From Escherichia phage HK75: a DNA stretch of 36,661 bases. The translations under genes and the position numbers were made by a program. The notes below the pieces were generated by a model, which saw nothing but the letters and a program-made list of their open reading frames with translations, ran no database searches and was not told the DNA's origin. The DNA lies in the sequence record HM173637; one strand, 5' to 3'. Shown one piece after another: positions 8,435-18,348 of the stretch; within the stretch, counting starts at the first letter, position 1; each line of letters opens with the position of its first letter.

Positions 8435-11400
8435 ATGGCTACGTTGCGCGAACTGATCATCAAAATATCTGCAAACTCTCAGTCATTCCAGTCTGAAATT
8501 TCTCGTGCTTCAAGAATGGGGAATGACTATTACCGGGTAATGCAGACTGGAGGACGCCAATCGGCCGCAGCTTCGCGTGAAACTCAGCGTGCCTTGGCTG
8601 AGGTAACTAGTCAAATAAACACCGCGAAGGCCTCAGCACTGGGAATGGCTGGTGCATTTGCTGGAGCATTTGCGACTGGTCATCTTATATCGCTGGCCGA
8701 TGAATGGAGCTCTGTTAATGCCAGGCTAAAGCAGGCTTCCCAGTCGTCAGATGATTTCACGGAGTCCCAGCGGGCGCTGATGGATATTAGCCAGCGAACC
8801 GGAACCGCCTTCTCTGATAATGCGAGTCTTTTTGCGCGTTCAGCCGCTTCTATGCGTGAATATGGCTACAGTTCAGAAGAGGTTCTGAAGGTAACCGAGG
8901 CTATATCAACAGGGCTTAAGCTGTCAGGCGCAAGCGCGTCTGAAGCGAGTTCGGTAATCACGCAGTTCAGCCAGGCTCTGGCGCAGGGTGTTCTTCGAGG
9001 CGAGGAATTTAACTCCGTCAACGAAAACGGTGATCGAGTTATCCGTGCTCTTGCCGCAGGGATGGGTGTAGCTCGTAAAGATCTGAAGGCAATGGCCGAT
9101 CAGGGGATGCTAACCGCAGATAAAGTTGTCCCGGCCCTGATAAGTCAACTTGGCACTATGCGTGGTGAATTTGAGGCAATGCCGCAGACCGTTTCTGCTG
9201 CCACGACGAAAGTCGAAAATGCTTTCATGGCATGGGTAGGTGGCGCTAATGAAGCCACTGGTGCGACAAGTACTCTTGTTGCCGTATTGAATACGGTTTC
9301 TGACAATATAGACACTGTGGCTACGGCTGCCGGAGCTTTGGCTGCGATAGGTGGAGCTCGCTATCTTGGAGGGATGTTTGGCGATCTTGGGAACCAGACG
9401 GCGCAATTAATAGATGCCAGAAAGAACGAAATTGCGCTCGCAGCTGCAAGGGCTGAATCTGCTACCCAATCACAACGCAAGGCCGCCGCCGATGCTATTG
9501 CTGCTGAGCGAGCTTACCAGCTTGCTCAGTCAGAACTTGTGCTGGCAAAGAATACTAATGCTGAGGCTACTGCCACTCAAAATGCCATATCCAAGCGCCG
9601 GGCAATGATTACAGCAAATGCGGCACTGGTACAGTCAAACAGAGCCGTTGCAGCCTCTCAGCAGGCACTTAACTCTGCAACATCAGTGCTGGGGCTTGTA
9701 AAAACTGGCGCTACGGGTCTTTTGTCGTTAGTTGGTGGTTTGCCAGGAATTTTAATGTTGGGTGCTGGGGCGTGGTACACGATGTATCAACGCCAAGAAC
9801 AAGCCAGGGAATCTGCAATCCAATATGCGGACACAATCGAGCAGGTACGAGATAATCTGAAATCAATGTCTCAGACGCAGATATCCGCCAACCTTGGACA
9901 GGCGAATATTTCACTGGATGCTCAGAATAGTGCGATTGAACAGCAGAAGCAGAAAGTTGCTGAATTATCAAATCAACTTTATAACGCAAAATTAGCAGCC
10001 AATTCTGCTTCAGAGGGGACATGGCTGTATAACGATGCGGTTGAGAAAGCCGCAGACTTTGCTTCAGAACTTGCGGTTGAAGAAGGCCGACTTGAGCAAA
10101 TGCTCAATAAAAGAAAGCAAACACAACAGTTAATAAACGACATAACTGATCAGGCTATAAATAAAACAGTAGAAATGGCTGGCGCCGTAAGTTCTCTTAC
10201 AGAGATGTATGACCGGCTGAACAAGGTTTCCAGACAGTCTACAGCAGTGTCCCCACCAAAATATGCAGGACCTGTACTTCCTGCGCTTGATAATAAGCAA
10301 CAACAAGCTATTGAGAAAGCACAGCGACAGCTTGAGCTATCTGGCCTTCAGGGTTTGGATAAGGCTCGAAAGCAGGCAGAATTCGATGCATCTGATCTGA
10401 ACCTTCCAGCTGGTTGGCGTGAGAAATATGTCAGCATGGAAGTTGAGTCTGCCAGGCAATTACAAGCAATTCGTAACTCAAGCCGCCATAAGGGTGGAAA
10501 ATCCGAGGCGGAAAAAACAGCTGATACCTATGACAAGCTGATCAAGCAGCAAAAAGAGCAGATCGCTCTGCAAGGGCAGAATACCGAGCTGGCAAAGGTT
10601 AAATATCAGGTAAGCCAGGGTGAGCTTTCTACGCTAAGTCAGGCCCAGAAAGCCGAAGTTATGCGTAATGCTGCTCTCATCGATCAGGTTAAATTGCGTG
10701 AGCAACTGCGAAATTACGAAGCCAACCTTGCTGACAGTAACGACAGCGCCCGCGCAGCCAATGAAGCGCAACTGCTGGGCTACGGGCAGGGAACCAGGTT
10801 CCGTGAAAGACTTCAGGAGCAGTTCAATCTGCGTAAGGAGTTTGAGCAGAAGAATACCGATCTTCTCCGCCAGCGTCAGGCTGGTGAAATCGACGAGACG
10901 TTCTATCAGCAGGGGCTGGCACTTAATAAGCGCTACCTCGAAGAGCGCCTGCGCGACCAGGAGGGATATTACGCAGCTTCTGATGCGCAGCGTGACGACT
11001 GGATGACGGGACTGTCTGAGGGTTATGCGAACTGGGTGGATGAAGCGACAGATTACTCCTCCATGGCAGCTGACGGGATGAAGCAGGCAATGGGTGGGGC
11101 GGTAACTTCGATTACTGACATGCTCAATGGTAACGTCGACAGCTGGAAGGACTGGGGTGTCAGCGTACTGAAGATCATCCAGAATGTTCTGGTCAATATG
11201 GCTGTTGCTAACGGCGTCAGTTCAATTGGTTCTCTCTTCAGCTTTGGCGCATCTTCCGCCGCTGCCGCCAGTAGCGGTACTGCAATTCAGAACGCTGGCG
11301 CGAACTTCACCTTTAACGCGAAGGGTAATGTTTACGACTCTCCGTCCCTGAGCGCATACAGCAATGGCGTGTTTCAGACCCCTCAGCTTTTTGCTTTTGC

Positions 11401-11701
11401 CAAAGGAGCGGGTGTGTTTGCAGAGGCTGGACCTGAAGCCATTATGCCGCTTACCCGTGCTGCTGATGGTTCGCTTGGCGTTCGGGCTGTTGGCACTGGT
11501 GGTGGTCAGGCTGTATCTTCGGCTCCACAGGTTTACATCACCATCGATGGCAACGGAAATACTTCCACGCAGACTTCACCCGGCCTTGAGCAATTTGGTG
11601 CTGATGTCGGTAAATATATTGATCAGCGATATAAGCAGAACATCATGCGAGATATTCGGCCTGGCGGTGACATCTGGAACGCAATGAAAGGAACCCGATA
11701 A
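8435..11701 (+). CDS. H: Tail tape measure protein
   Basis: About 1090 aa, Ala/Gln-rich coiled-coil character, between the chaperone genes and M; alternative in-frame ATG at 8423. Confidence 0.85.
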   Translation: MATLRELIIKISANSQSFQSEISRASRMGNDYYRVMQTGGRQSAAASRETQRALAEVTSQINTAKASALGMAGAFAGAFATGHLISLADEWSSVNARLKQASQSSDDFTESQRALMDISQRTGTAFSDNASLFARSAASMREYGYSSEEVLKVTEAISTGLKLSGASASEASSVITQFSQALAQGVLRGEEFNSVNENGDRVIRALAAGMGVARKDLKAMADQGMLTADKVVPALISQLGTMRGEFEAMPQTVSAATTKVENAFMAWVGGANEATGATSTLVAVLNTVSDNIDTVATAAGALAAIGGARYLGGMFGDLGNQTAQLIDARKNEIALAAARAESATQSQRKAAADAIAAERAYQLAQSELVLAKNTNAEATATQNAISKRRAMITANAALVQSNRAVAASQQALNSATSVLGLVKTGATGLLSLVGGLPGILMLGAGAWYTMYQRQEQARESAIQYADTIEQVRDNLKSMSQTQISANLGQANISLDAQNSAIEQQKQKVAELSNQLYNAKLAANSASEGTWLYNDAVEKAADFASELAVEEGRLEQMLNKRKQTQQLINDITDQAINKTVEMAGAVSSLTEMYDRLNKVSRQSTAVSPPKYAGPVLPALDNKQQQAIEKAQRQLELSGLQGLDKARKQAEFDASDLNLPAGWREKYVSMEVESARQLQAIRNSSRHKGGKSEAEKTADTYDKLIKQQKEQIALQGQNTELAKVKYQVSQGELSTLSQAQKAEVMRNAALIDQVKLREQLRNYEANLADSNDSARAANEAQLLGYGQGTRFRERLQEQFNLRKEFEQKNTDLLRQRQAGEIDETFYQQGLALNKRYLEERLRDQEGYYAASDAQRDDWMTGLSEGYANWVDEATDYSSMAADGMKQAMGGAVTSITDMLNGNVDSWKDWGVSVLKIIQNVLVNMAVANGVSSIGSLFSFGASSAAAASSGTAIQNAGANFTFNAKGNVYDSPSLSAYSNGVFQTPQLFAFAKGAGVFAEAGPEAIMPLTRAADGSLGVRAVGTGGGQAVSSAPQVYITIDGNGNTSTQTSPGLEQFGADVGKYIDQRYKQNIMRDIRPGGDIWNAMKGTR

Positions 11702-11703
11702 AA

Positions 11704-12042
11704 ATGGCTATCGAAACTTTCACCTGGTGCCCACGGATTAACGCGGAGGCTGATACAAGTTTCCGCGTCAGAAAAGCCCAGTTTGGCGATGGATATGAGC
11801 AGGTTTCAGGGGATGGATTGAATACCAGAACCCAGCAGTGGACGCTCAACTTTACTGGCAACGAAACCTACATTTCTGCCATTAAATCTTTTCTCGACAG
11901 GCATGAAGGAACGAAAGCCTTTCAATGGAAGCCACCGCTCGAACCTTTGGGTTTGTATCGTTGCGAAACGTATAAACCCACCGGGCTTGGCGCGGGGAAA
12001 TTCAACCTTGAAGCAACATTCATCCAGGCATTTAAACCATGA
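11704..12042 (+). CDS. M: Minor tail protein M
   Basis: 112-aa ORF directly after the tape measure, lambda gene order. Confidence 0.75.
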   Translation: MAIETFTWCPRINAEADTSFRVRKAQFGDGYEQVSGDGLNTRTQQWTLNFTGNETYISAIKSFLDRHEGTKAFQWKPPLEPLGLYRCETYKPTGLGAGKFNLEATFIQAFKP

Positions 12043-12797
12043 GCTTAAACGCAGACTATCAGAAGCTTGAATCCGGAAACGATGTTCGTCTGATTGAGGT
12101 GGACGGTTCTTCCTTTGGGCTAACGGACGTTCTCCGCTTTCACAATTACAGCATTCCCCACACAGAAGCGGAAATCATCGCCGCTGGTGGGGATGAGTCC
12201 AAGCTTCCGGCGAAACCAATCTGGTGGCAGGGAAATGAATACGCCGCCTGGCCGTATCAGCTGGAAGGCCTGGAAAAATCAACCAGTGGGAGCAATGCAA
12301 CGCCATCACTGACGGTTGCGAACATCGAAAGCTCTATTTCTGCCATGTGTCTTGCGTATGACGATCTGCTGCAGGCGAAAGTCACTATTCACGACACAAA
12401 AGAGAAATATCTCGATGCCAGAAATTTCGCGGACGGCAACCCCACAGCAGACCCGACTCAGGAAAAGCTGCAGGTCTGGTATATCGACGGGAAAACTGGC
12501 GAGCTTGCCGGTGAAACCGTTGAATTTGTTCTGTCCAGCCCGATGGACCTGCAGGGGCAAATGATCCCGACGCGACAGCTTCATTCCCTGTGTACCTGGT
12601 GCATCCGAAATAAATATCGTACCGGCGACGGCTGCGACTATGCCGGCACCCGCTATTTCGATAAAAACAACAACCCGGTAAGCGATCCGTCGCTGGATGA
12701 ATGCAATGGCACGCTGACGGCCTGCAAACTCCGATTCGGCGAAAATAACGAACTCTCGTTTGGTGGCTTCCCTGGTACGTCGCTGATCAGGAGTTGA
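12039..12797 (+). CDS. L: Minor tail protein L
   Basis: 252 aa, Cys cluster near the C-terminus (CTWC...C...C) as in lambda gpL, coupled start. Confidence 0.75.
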   Translation: MSLNADYQKLESGNDVRLIEVDGSSFGLTDVLRFHNYSIPHTEAEIIAAGGDESKLPAKPIWWQGNEYAAWPYQLEGLEKSTSGSNATPSLTVANIESSISAMCLAYDDLLQAKVTIHDTKEKYLDARNFADGNPTADPTQEKLQVWYIDGKTGELAGETVEFVLSSPMDLQGQMIPTRQLHSLCTWCIRNKYRTGDGCDYAGTRYFDKNNNPVSDPSLDECNGTLTACKLRFGENNELSFGGFPGTSLIRS

Positions 12798-12798
12798 T

Positions 12799-13509
12799 AT
12801 GCGTCAGAAAACCATCGATGCGATTATGGCGCATGCTGCAGCTGAATATCCTCGTGAGTGTTGCGGCGTGGTGGCGCAAAAGAGCCGGGTAGAGAAATAT
12901 TTTCCATGTAGTAACCTCGCTACCGAGCCGACAGAACATTTTCACCTGTCGCCAGAAGACTATGCAGCTGCTGAGGACTGGGGTACGGTGATCGCCATCG
13001 TTCACAGTCACCCTGACGCCACAACGCAGCCGAGCGAACTGGATAAAGCGCAATGCGACGCAACGCTTTTACCCTGGCATATTGTGAGCTGGCCGGATGG
13101 GGATTTACGCACCATCCAGCCGCGCGGAGAACTGCCACTGCTGGAGCGTCCGTTTGTGCTTGGACACTTCGACTGCTGGGGGCTGGTAATGAGCTATTTC
13201 CGGCAAACGCATGGTATCGAGCTCCACGATTACCGGGTGGATTATCCCTGGTGGGAAAACGCCTATCCGGACAATTTTTATCAGGATTGCTGGTATGAAT
13301 GCGGATTCAGGGAGTTTGACGGCCCGCCTCAGGAAGGGGACCTCGTCATCATGCAGGTGCAGGCCGATAAGTGGAATCATGCCGGGATTTTACTGGAGGG
13401 TAACATGCTGCTGCACCACCTGTACGGACATCTGAGCCAGCGCGTGCCGTATGGGGGCTACTGGCAGGAAAGGACGATGAAGATTCTTAGACATCAGAAT
13501 TTTATTTAA
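12799..13509 (+). CDS. K: Tail assembly protein K (MPN/JAB plus NlpC/P60-like)
   Basis: 236 aa with HSHP motif and conserved Cys/His, lambda K position. Confidence 0.75.
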   Translation: MRQKTIDAIMAHAAAEYPRECCGVVAQKSRVEKYFPCSNLATEPTEHFHLSPEDYAAAEDWGTVIAIVHSHPDATTQPSELDKAQCDATLLPWHIVSWPDGDLRTIQPRGELPLLERPFVLGHFDCWGLVMSYFRQTHGIELHDYRVDYPWWENAYPDNFYQDCWYECGFREFDGPPQEGDLVIMQVQADKWNHAGILLEGNMLLHHLYGHLSQRVPYGGYWQERTMKILRHQNFI

Positions 13510-13556
13510 CAAACTGTCACTGATACTATCGTGTAGCACACAGCAAGGAGAACGAT

Positions 13557-13781
13557 ATGTATACAGTTGGGTTTGGTTGGATCTTCGTCGGTATTTTTAT
13601 TGGGTTAATTCTCTGGTTTTTCATCAACCGCGCCAGCGTCAGAGCGAACAGGCAGGTTGAATTACTTGAGTCTATCGACCAGAAATTATCAAAAATAGTA
13701 GATCCAAACTTCGAGGCAAATAACAAAGACCAGTCGAAAGAAAACTACCTTGAAGAAGCAAGGAAAAAAGCTGGGCTTTGA
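13557..13781 (+). CDS. Small single-pass membrane protein (moron B), paralog of moron A
   Basis: 74 aa; AAGGAG RBS at 13545-13550; TM helix then NRASVRANRQVELLESI motif shared with the 8203-8391 protein; own terminator. Confidence 0.5.
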   Translation: MYTVGFGWIFVGIFIGLILWFFINRASVRANRQVELLESIDQKLSKIVDPNFEANNKDQSKENYLEEARKKAGL

Positions 13782-13796
13782 GAGCGTAAATTAACA

Positions 13797-13820
13797 AACC
13801 ACCTACGGGTGGTTTTTTTT
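13797..13820 (+). terminator. Intrinsic terminator after moron B
   Basis: AACCACC-tacg-GGTGGTT followed by TTTTTT. Confidence 0.6.
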
Positions 13821-13831
13821 ATGGGGGCAGC

Positions 13832-14440
13832 ATGCAAGAGGTAATGACAAGAATTGAGCTAAGTGGCGTGCTAGCTAAGACATATGGAAGGGTTCATCAC
13901 CGTCTGGTTCGCACTACTGCTGAAGCCATTAATGCACTCGCGAAAACCATCAATGGATTCGAGAAATTCTTAAACACAAGCAAGGCCCGAGGGCTGACGT
14001 ATGCCGTTTATAGAGATAAAAAGAATATTGGCGTTGATGATCTCGGCTTTCCCGTCACCGGCGAAGTGATCCGGATTGTCCCTGTAGTAATAGGGAGTAA
14101 AAAGGCTGGTCTTTTGCAGACGATCTTGGGGGCTGTGCTTATTACTGCTGCTGTGTTGACTGGACCAGGCGGTATTGGCGCTGCTTTCGCTGCTGGTGGA
14201 TTGACGGGGTTTGCTGCTGCCACTGGTGCCTCGTTGGTCCTCGGTGGGGTTATTCAGCTGCTTTCACCGCAGCCATCAGGCATAGCCAGTAAACAAAGCG
14301 CAGATAACCGTGCATCGTATGCGTTTGGCGGGGTAACCAACACTGCAGCGCAAGGCTACCCGGTGCCTCTGCTTTATGGTAAGCGTCGAATCGGCGGAGC
14401 GATTATTTCTGCCGGAATTTATGTCGAAGATCAGCAGTAG
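13832..14440 (+). CDS. I: Tail assembly protein I
   Basis: 202 aa with Gly/Ala-rich hydrophobic C-terminal half, between K and J as in lambda. Confidence 0.7.
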   Translation: MQEVMTRIELSGVLAKTYGRVHHRLVRTTAEAINALAKTINGFEKFLNTSKARGLTYAVYRDKKNIGVDDLGFPVTGEVIRIVPVVIGSKKAGLLQTILGAVLITAAVLTGPGGIGAAFAAGGLTGFAAATGASLVLGGVIQLLSPQPSGIASKQSADNRASYAFGGVTNTAAQGYPVPLLYGKRRIGGAIISAGIYVEDQQ

Positions 14441-14459
14441 ATAACTAACCTTTTTTCTG

Positions 14460-14481
14460 GCCACCTTCGGGTGGCTTTTTT
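14460..14481 (+). terminator. Hairpin plus T-run between I and J
   Basis: GCCACC-ttcg-GGTGGC followed by TTTTTT. Confidence 0.5.
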
Positions 14482-14492
14482 ATGGGCGCAAT

Positions 14493-17400
14493 ATGGCTAC
14501 AGATAAAGTGTTAAAAGGCCGCAAGGGCGGCAGCTCAAGTTCCCGAACCCCTACCGAACAGCCTGATGATCTGCAATCTGTAGCGAAGGCAAAGATCCTC
14601 GTTGCGCTTGGGGAAGGGGAGTTTGCTGGACAGCTCACCGGGAAGGATATCTACCTGGACGGAACAGCGCTGGAGAATGCTGACGGCTCCCAAAACTTCA
14701 GCGGGGTAACGTGGGAGTTTCGCGCGGGAACGCAGGCGCAAAAATATATTCAGGGTATTCCCGGTACCGAAAACGAGATCAGCGTAGGAACTGAGGTATC
14801 AAGTGCCACAGCCTGGACGCGCACGTTTACCAATACGCAGCTTTCAGCAGTTCGCCTGCGTCTTAAATGGCCCTCGCTTTTCAAACAGGAAGACGACGGC
14901 GATCTGGTGGGTTACTCGGTCAATTATGCGATTGACCTGCAGACGGACGGCGGCACATGGCAGACGGTACTCAATACCAGCGTGACCGGAAAAACGACGT
15001 CTGGTTATGAGCGCAGCCACCGCATCGATTTACCGCAGGCTGGCAGCACCTGGACAATCCGCCTGCGTAAGATTACCTCTGACGCCAACAGCGCGAAGAT
15101 CGGCGACACGATGACGCTGCAGAGCTTCACTGAGGTTATTGACGCCAAGTTACGATATCCAAACACAGCGTTACTCTACATCGAATTCGATTCAAGCCAG
15201 TTTAACGGCTCTATCCCGCAGATCTCCTGCGAGCCCCGCGGCCGTGTTATCCGCGTTCCTGATACCTACGACCCTGAAACCCGCACTTATAGCGGTACAT
15301 GGACCGGTGCGTTTAAGTGGGCATGGACGGATAACCCTGCGTGGATTTTTTACGATCTGGTTGTTTCTGACCGGTTCGGCCTTGGGCACCGTTTGACCGC
15401 TGCGAATATTGATAAATGGACGCTTTATCAGGTTGCTCAGTATTGTGATCAGATGGTACCAGACGGCAAAGGGGGCAACGGTACAGAACCACGCTATACC
15501 TGCAACGTGTACATTCAGGACCGGAACGACGCCTACACAGTCCTACGTGATTTTGCCGCTATCTTCCGTGGCATGACCTACTGGGGCGGGGATCAGATTG
15601 TGGCCCTGGCTGACATGCCGCGCGATGTTGATTACAGCTATACGCGCGCTAACGTTGTTGGCGGTCGCTTCACCTATTCGAGCAGCACCACGAAAAGCCG
15701 CTACACCACAGCGCTGGTTTCATGGTCAGACCCGGGTAACGCTTATGCCGACGCGATGGAGCCGGTATTTGAGCAGGCGCTGGTGGCGCGGTACGGCTTC
15801 AATCAGCTGGAAATGACAGCCATCGGCTGCACCAGGCAGTCAGAGGCGAACCGAAAGGGGCGCTGGGGTATTCTCACCAATAACAAGGATCGCGTTGTTT
15901 CGTTTGATGTCGGGCTGGACGGAAACATTCCGCAGCCTGGCTACATCATCGCCGTGGCAGACGAGCTGCTTTCCGGAAAGGTTATGGGCGGCCGCATCAG
16001 CGCCGTTAACGGTCGCGTTATCAAACTTGACCGCGTAGCTGATGCAGCACCAGGTGATCGCCTTATTCTCAACCTTCCCTCCGGAGCGTCGCAGAGCAGG
16101 ACCATTCAGGCCGTGAACGGGGAATCAGTCACAGTCACCACGGCATACAGTGAGACGCCACAGGCCGAAGCTGTTTGGGTGGTTGAATCTGACGAGCTCT
16201 ACGCGCAGCAGTATCGAGTTGTCAGCGTTTCCGATAACGGGGATGGCACTTTCTCAATCACCGGCGCATGGCACGACCCGGATAAATATGCCCGTATCGA
16301 TACCGGAGCCATCATTGACCAGCGGCCGGTGAGCGTGATTCCGCCGGGTAACCAGTCGCCGCCTGCGAACATCGTGATCAGCTCGTTTTCCGTGGTTCAG
16401 CAAAATATCAGCGTCGAAACAATGCGCGTGAGCTGGGACCAGGCGCAGAACGCTATCGCCTATGAAGCGCAATGGCGCCGCAACGACGGGAACTGGGTTA
16501 ACGTGCCGCGCACCTCCACCACGTCATTCGACGTCCCGGGGATTTATGCCGGGCGCTACCTGGTGCGGGTGCGCGCAATCAATGCCGCAGAAATTTCATC
16601 CGGATGGGGCTATTCAGAAGAGAAAACGCTGACGGGTAAAGTGGGCAATCCACCTAAGCCGGTTGGCTTCATCGCTTCTGAAAATGTGGTTTTCGGCATC
16701 GAGCTGAACTGGGGATTCCCGGCGAATACCGACGACACGCTGAAGACGGAAATTCAGTACAGCCTGACCGGTACTGAAGACGATGCCATGCTGCTGGCCG
16801 ATGTGCCTTACCCGCAGCGCAAATATCAGCAGATGGGCCTTAAGGCTGGGCAGATTTTCTGGTACCGCGCGCAGCTGGTTGACCGCAGCGGTAACGAGTC
16901 AGGTTATACCGGCTGGGTTCGTGGGCAGGCCAGTATCGATGTTTCTGACATCACAGATGTGATCCTTGAAGACATCAAAGGGTCTGAGACGTTCAAAGAC
17001 CTGATCGAGAACGCTGTGGACAGCAATGAAAAAATTGCTGGCATGGCTGACGACATCAAACAGGCCAACGATGAACTTGAACTCCAGGCGCAGGAAATCG
17101 CAAAAAACGCGCAGGACATCGGGCAGGTTCAGACCAGCGTTAATGAGCTTTCTAGCACGGTCGGTGATGTGTCGTCTTCTCTCTCAGATCTTGAGCAGAC
17201 TGTTGCGACTGCTGATACCGCACTGGGCCAGCGAATCGACAGCATCAGCGTGTCTATGGACGGCATGACGGGCGGGGTGAAGAACTCTGCTATCGCAATT
17301 ATCCAGAACGGGCTGGCACAAGTGGCTACGCGTAAATCGTTGTCAGCTTCGGTCGCAGGGAACAGTGCGCAGCTGGATCGTATTGATGAGGTAATCGTTA

Positions 17401-18044
17401 ACGAGAAGGAGGCAACGGCGCGTTCTCTGCTGAGCCTGCAGACGGATGTCAACGGCAACAAGGCATCCATAAACAGCCTGAATCAGACGTTCTCCGACTA
17501 TCAGCAGGCTACGGCCACGCAGATAAACGGCATTACGGCGACCGTGAACGGGCATACCTCCGCCATCACCACTAACGCTCAGGCGATAGCCAACGTTAAT
17601 GGCGACCTCAGCGCGATGTACAACATCAAGGTTGGCGTTTCCAGCAACGGTCAGTATTACGCCGCGGGGATGGGTATCGGCGTGGAGAATACGCCATCCG
17701 GCATGCAGTCGCAGGTTATCTTCCTGGCTGATCGCTTCGCCGTCACCACGGCAGCCGGAAATAGCGTGGCTTTGCCGTTTGTGATCCAGAATGGACAGAC
17801 ATTCATCCGGGCCAGCTTCATCCAGGACGGCACCATTGAGAACGCCAAAATCGGCAACTATATCCAGTCCAACAACTATGCAGCTGGTTCTGCTGGCTGG
17901 AAGCTTGATAAAGGGGGGACGTTTGAGAACTACGGTTCGACTGCTGGTGAGGGAGCCATGAAACTGACAAATCAGACGATCAGCGTCAAAGATGGCAGTA
18001 ATGTTCTTAGGGTGCAGGTTGGCCGATTAACGGGAGTATTCTGA
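14493..18044 (+). CDS. J: Host specificity / central tail fibre protein J
   Basis: 1183 aa, lambda J position and size, fibronectin-III-like central region, variable C-terminus. Confidence 0.85.
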   Translation: MATDKVLKGRKGGSSSSRTPTEQPDDLQSVAKAKILVALGEGEFAGQLTGKDIYLDGTALENADGSQNFSGVTWEFRAGTQAQKYIQGIPGTENEISVGTEVSSATAWTRTFTNTQLSAVRLRLKWPSLFKQEDDGDLVGYSVNYAIDLQTDGGTWQTVLNTSVTGKTTSGYERSHRIDLPQAGSTWTIRLRKITSDANSAKIGDTMTLQSFTEVIDAKLRYPNTALLYIEFDSSQFNGSIPQISCEPRGRVIRVPDTYDPETRTYSGTWTGAFKWAWTDNPAWIFYDLVVSDRFGLGHRLTAANIDKWTLYQVAQYCDQMVPDGKGGNGTEPRYTCNVYIQDRNDAYTVLRDFAAIFRGMTYWGGDQIVALADMPRDVDYSYTRANVVGGRFTYSSSTTKSRYTTALVSWSDPGNAYADAMEPVFEQALVARYGFNQLEMTAIGCTRQSEANRKGRWGILTNNKDRVVSFDVGLDGNIPQPGYIIAVADELLSGKVMGGRISAVNGRVIKLDRVADAAPGDRLILNLPSGASQSRTIQAVNGESVTVTTAYSETPQAEAVWVVESDELYAQQYRVVSVSDNGDGTFSITGAWHDPDKYARIDTGAIIDQRPVSVIPPGNQSPPANIVISSFSVVQQNISVETMRVSWDQAQNAIAYEAQWRRNDGNWVNVPRTSTTSFDVPGIYAGRYLVRVRAINAAEISSGWGYSEEKTLTGKVGNPPKPVGFIASENVVFGIELNWGFPANTDDTLKTEIQYSLTGTEDDAMLLADVPYPQRKYQQMGLKAGQIFWYRAQLVDRSGNESGYTGWVRGQASIDVSDITDVILEDIKGSETFKDLIENAVDSNEKIAGMADDIKQANDELELQAQEIAKNAQDIGQVQTSVNELSSTVGDVSSSLSDLEQTVATADTALGQRIDSISVSMDGMTGGVKNSAIAIIQNGLAQVATRKSLSASVAGNSAQLDRIDEVIVNEKEATARSLLSLQTDVNGNKASINSLNQTFSDYQQATATQINGITATVNGHTSAITTNAQAIANVNGDLSAMYNIKVGVSSNGQYYAAGMGIGVENTPSGMQSQVIFLADRFAVTTAAGNSVALPFVIQNGQTFIRASFIQDGTIENAKIGNYIQSNNYAAGSAGWKLDKGGTFENYGSTAGEGAMKLTNQTISVKDGSNVLRVQVGRLTGVF

Positions 18045-18045
18045 A

Positions 18046-18348
18046 ATGGCTTATGGAATACAGACCTGGGATGCTTCAGGAAAACCCAACAACTATGGCA
18101 TCAAACCCGTTTCCGTCGTTGGGCGAATACAGCTGGCTGCCGGGCAAACCTCCGGCAGCTGGTCTTTTACGGTGCCCTCAGGAATGAAAGTTGGTTTTGT
18201 TCTTTCACTTGATGAAGGAGGTAACAGCGTAGGGCGGCGCATTGTCGCGTCAGGGAGCACAATAACCGTAAGCGCTGCATCTTCTGTAGGTCTGGGTAAT
18301 TATCCGGCCTCAAAGTGTGAAGTGGTCGTTTTCATGGAGAAAGCATAA
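18046..18348 (+). CDS. Hypothetical protein downstream of J
   Basis: 100-aa ORF coupled to the J stop; shares a WD-x-SGK motif with the next ORF. Confidence 0.4.
   Translation: MAYGIQTWDASGKPNNYGIKPVSVVGRIQLAAGQTSGSWSFTVPSGMKVGFVLSLDEGGNSVGRRIVASGSTITVSAASSVGLGNYPASKCEVVVFMEKA

Noticed and set aside
9110-10022. Internal and antisense ORFs within the tape measure gene
   Set aside because: Embedded in a long, well-supported coding region; Ala/Gln codon bias explains the open antisense frames.
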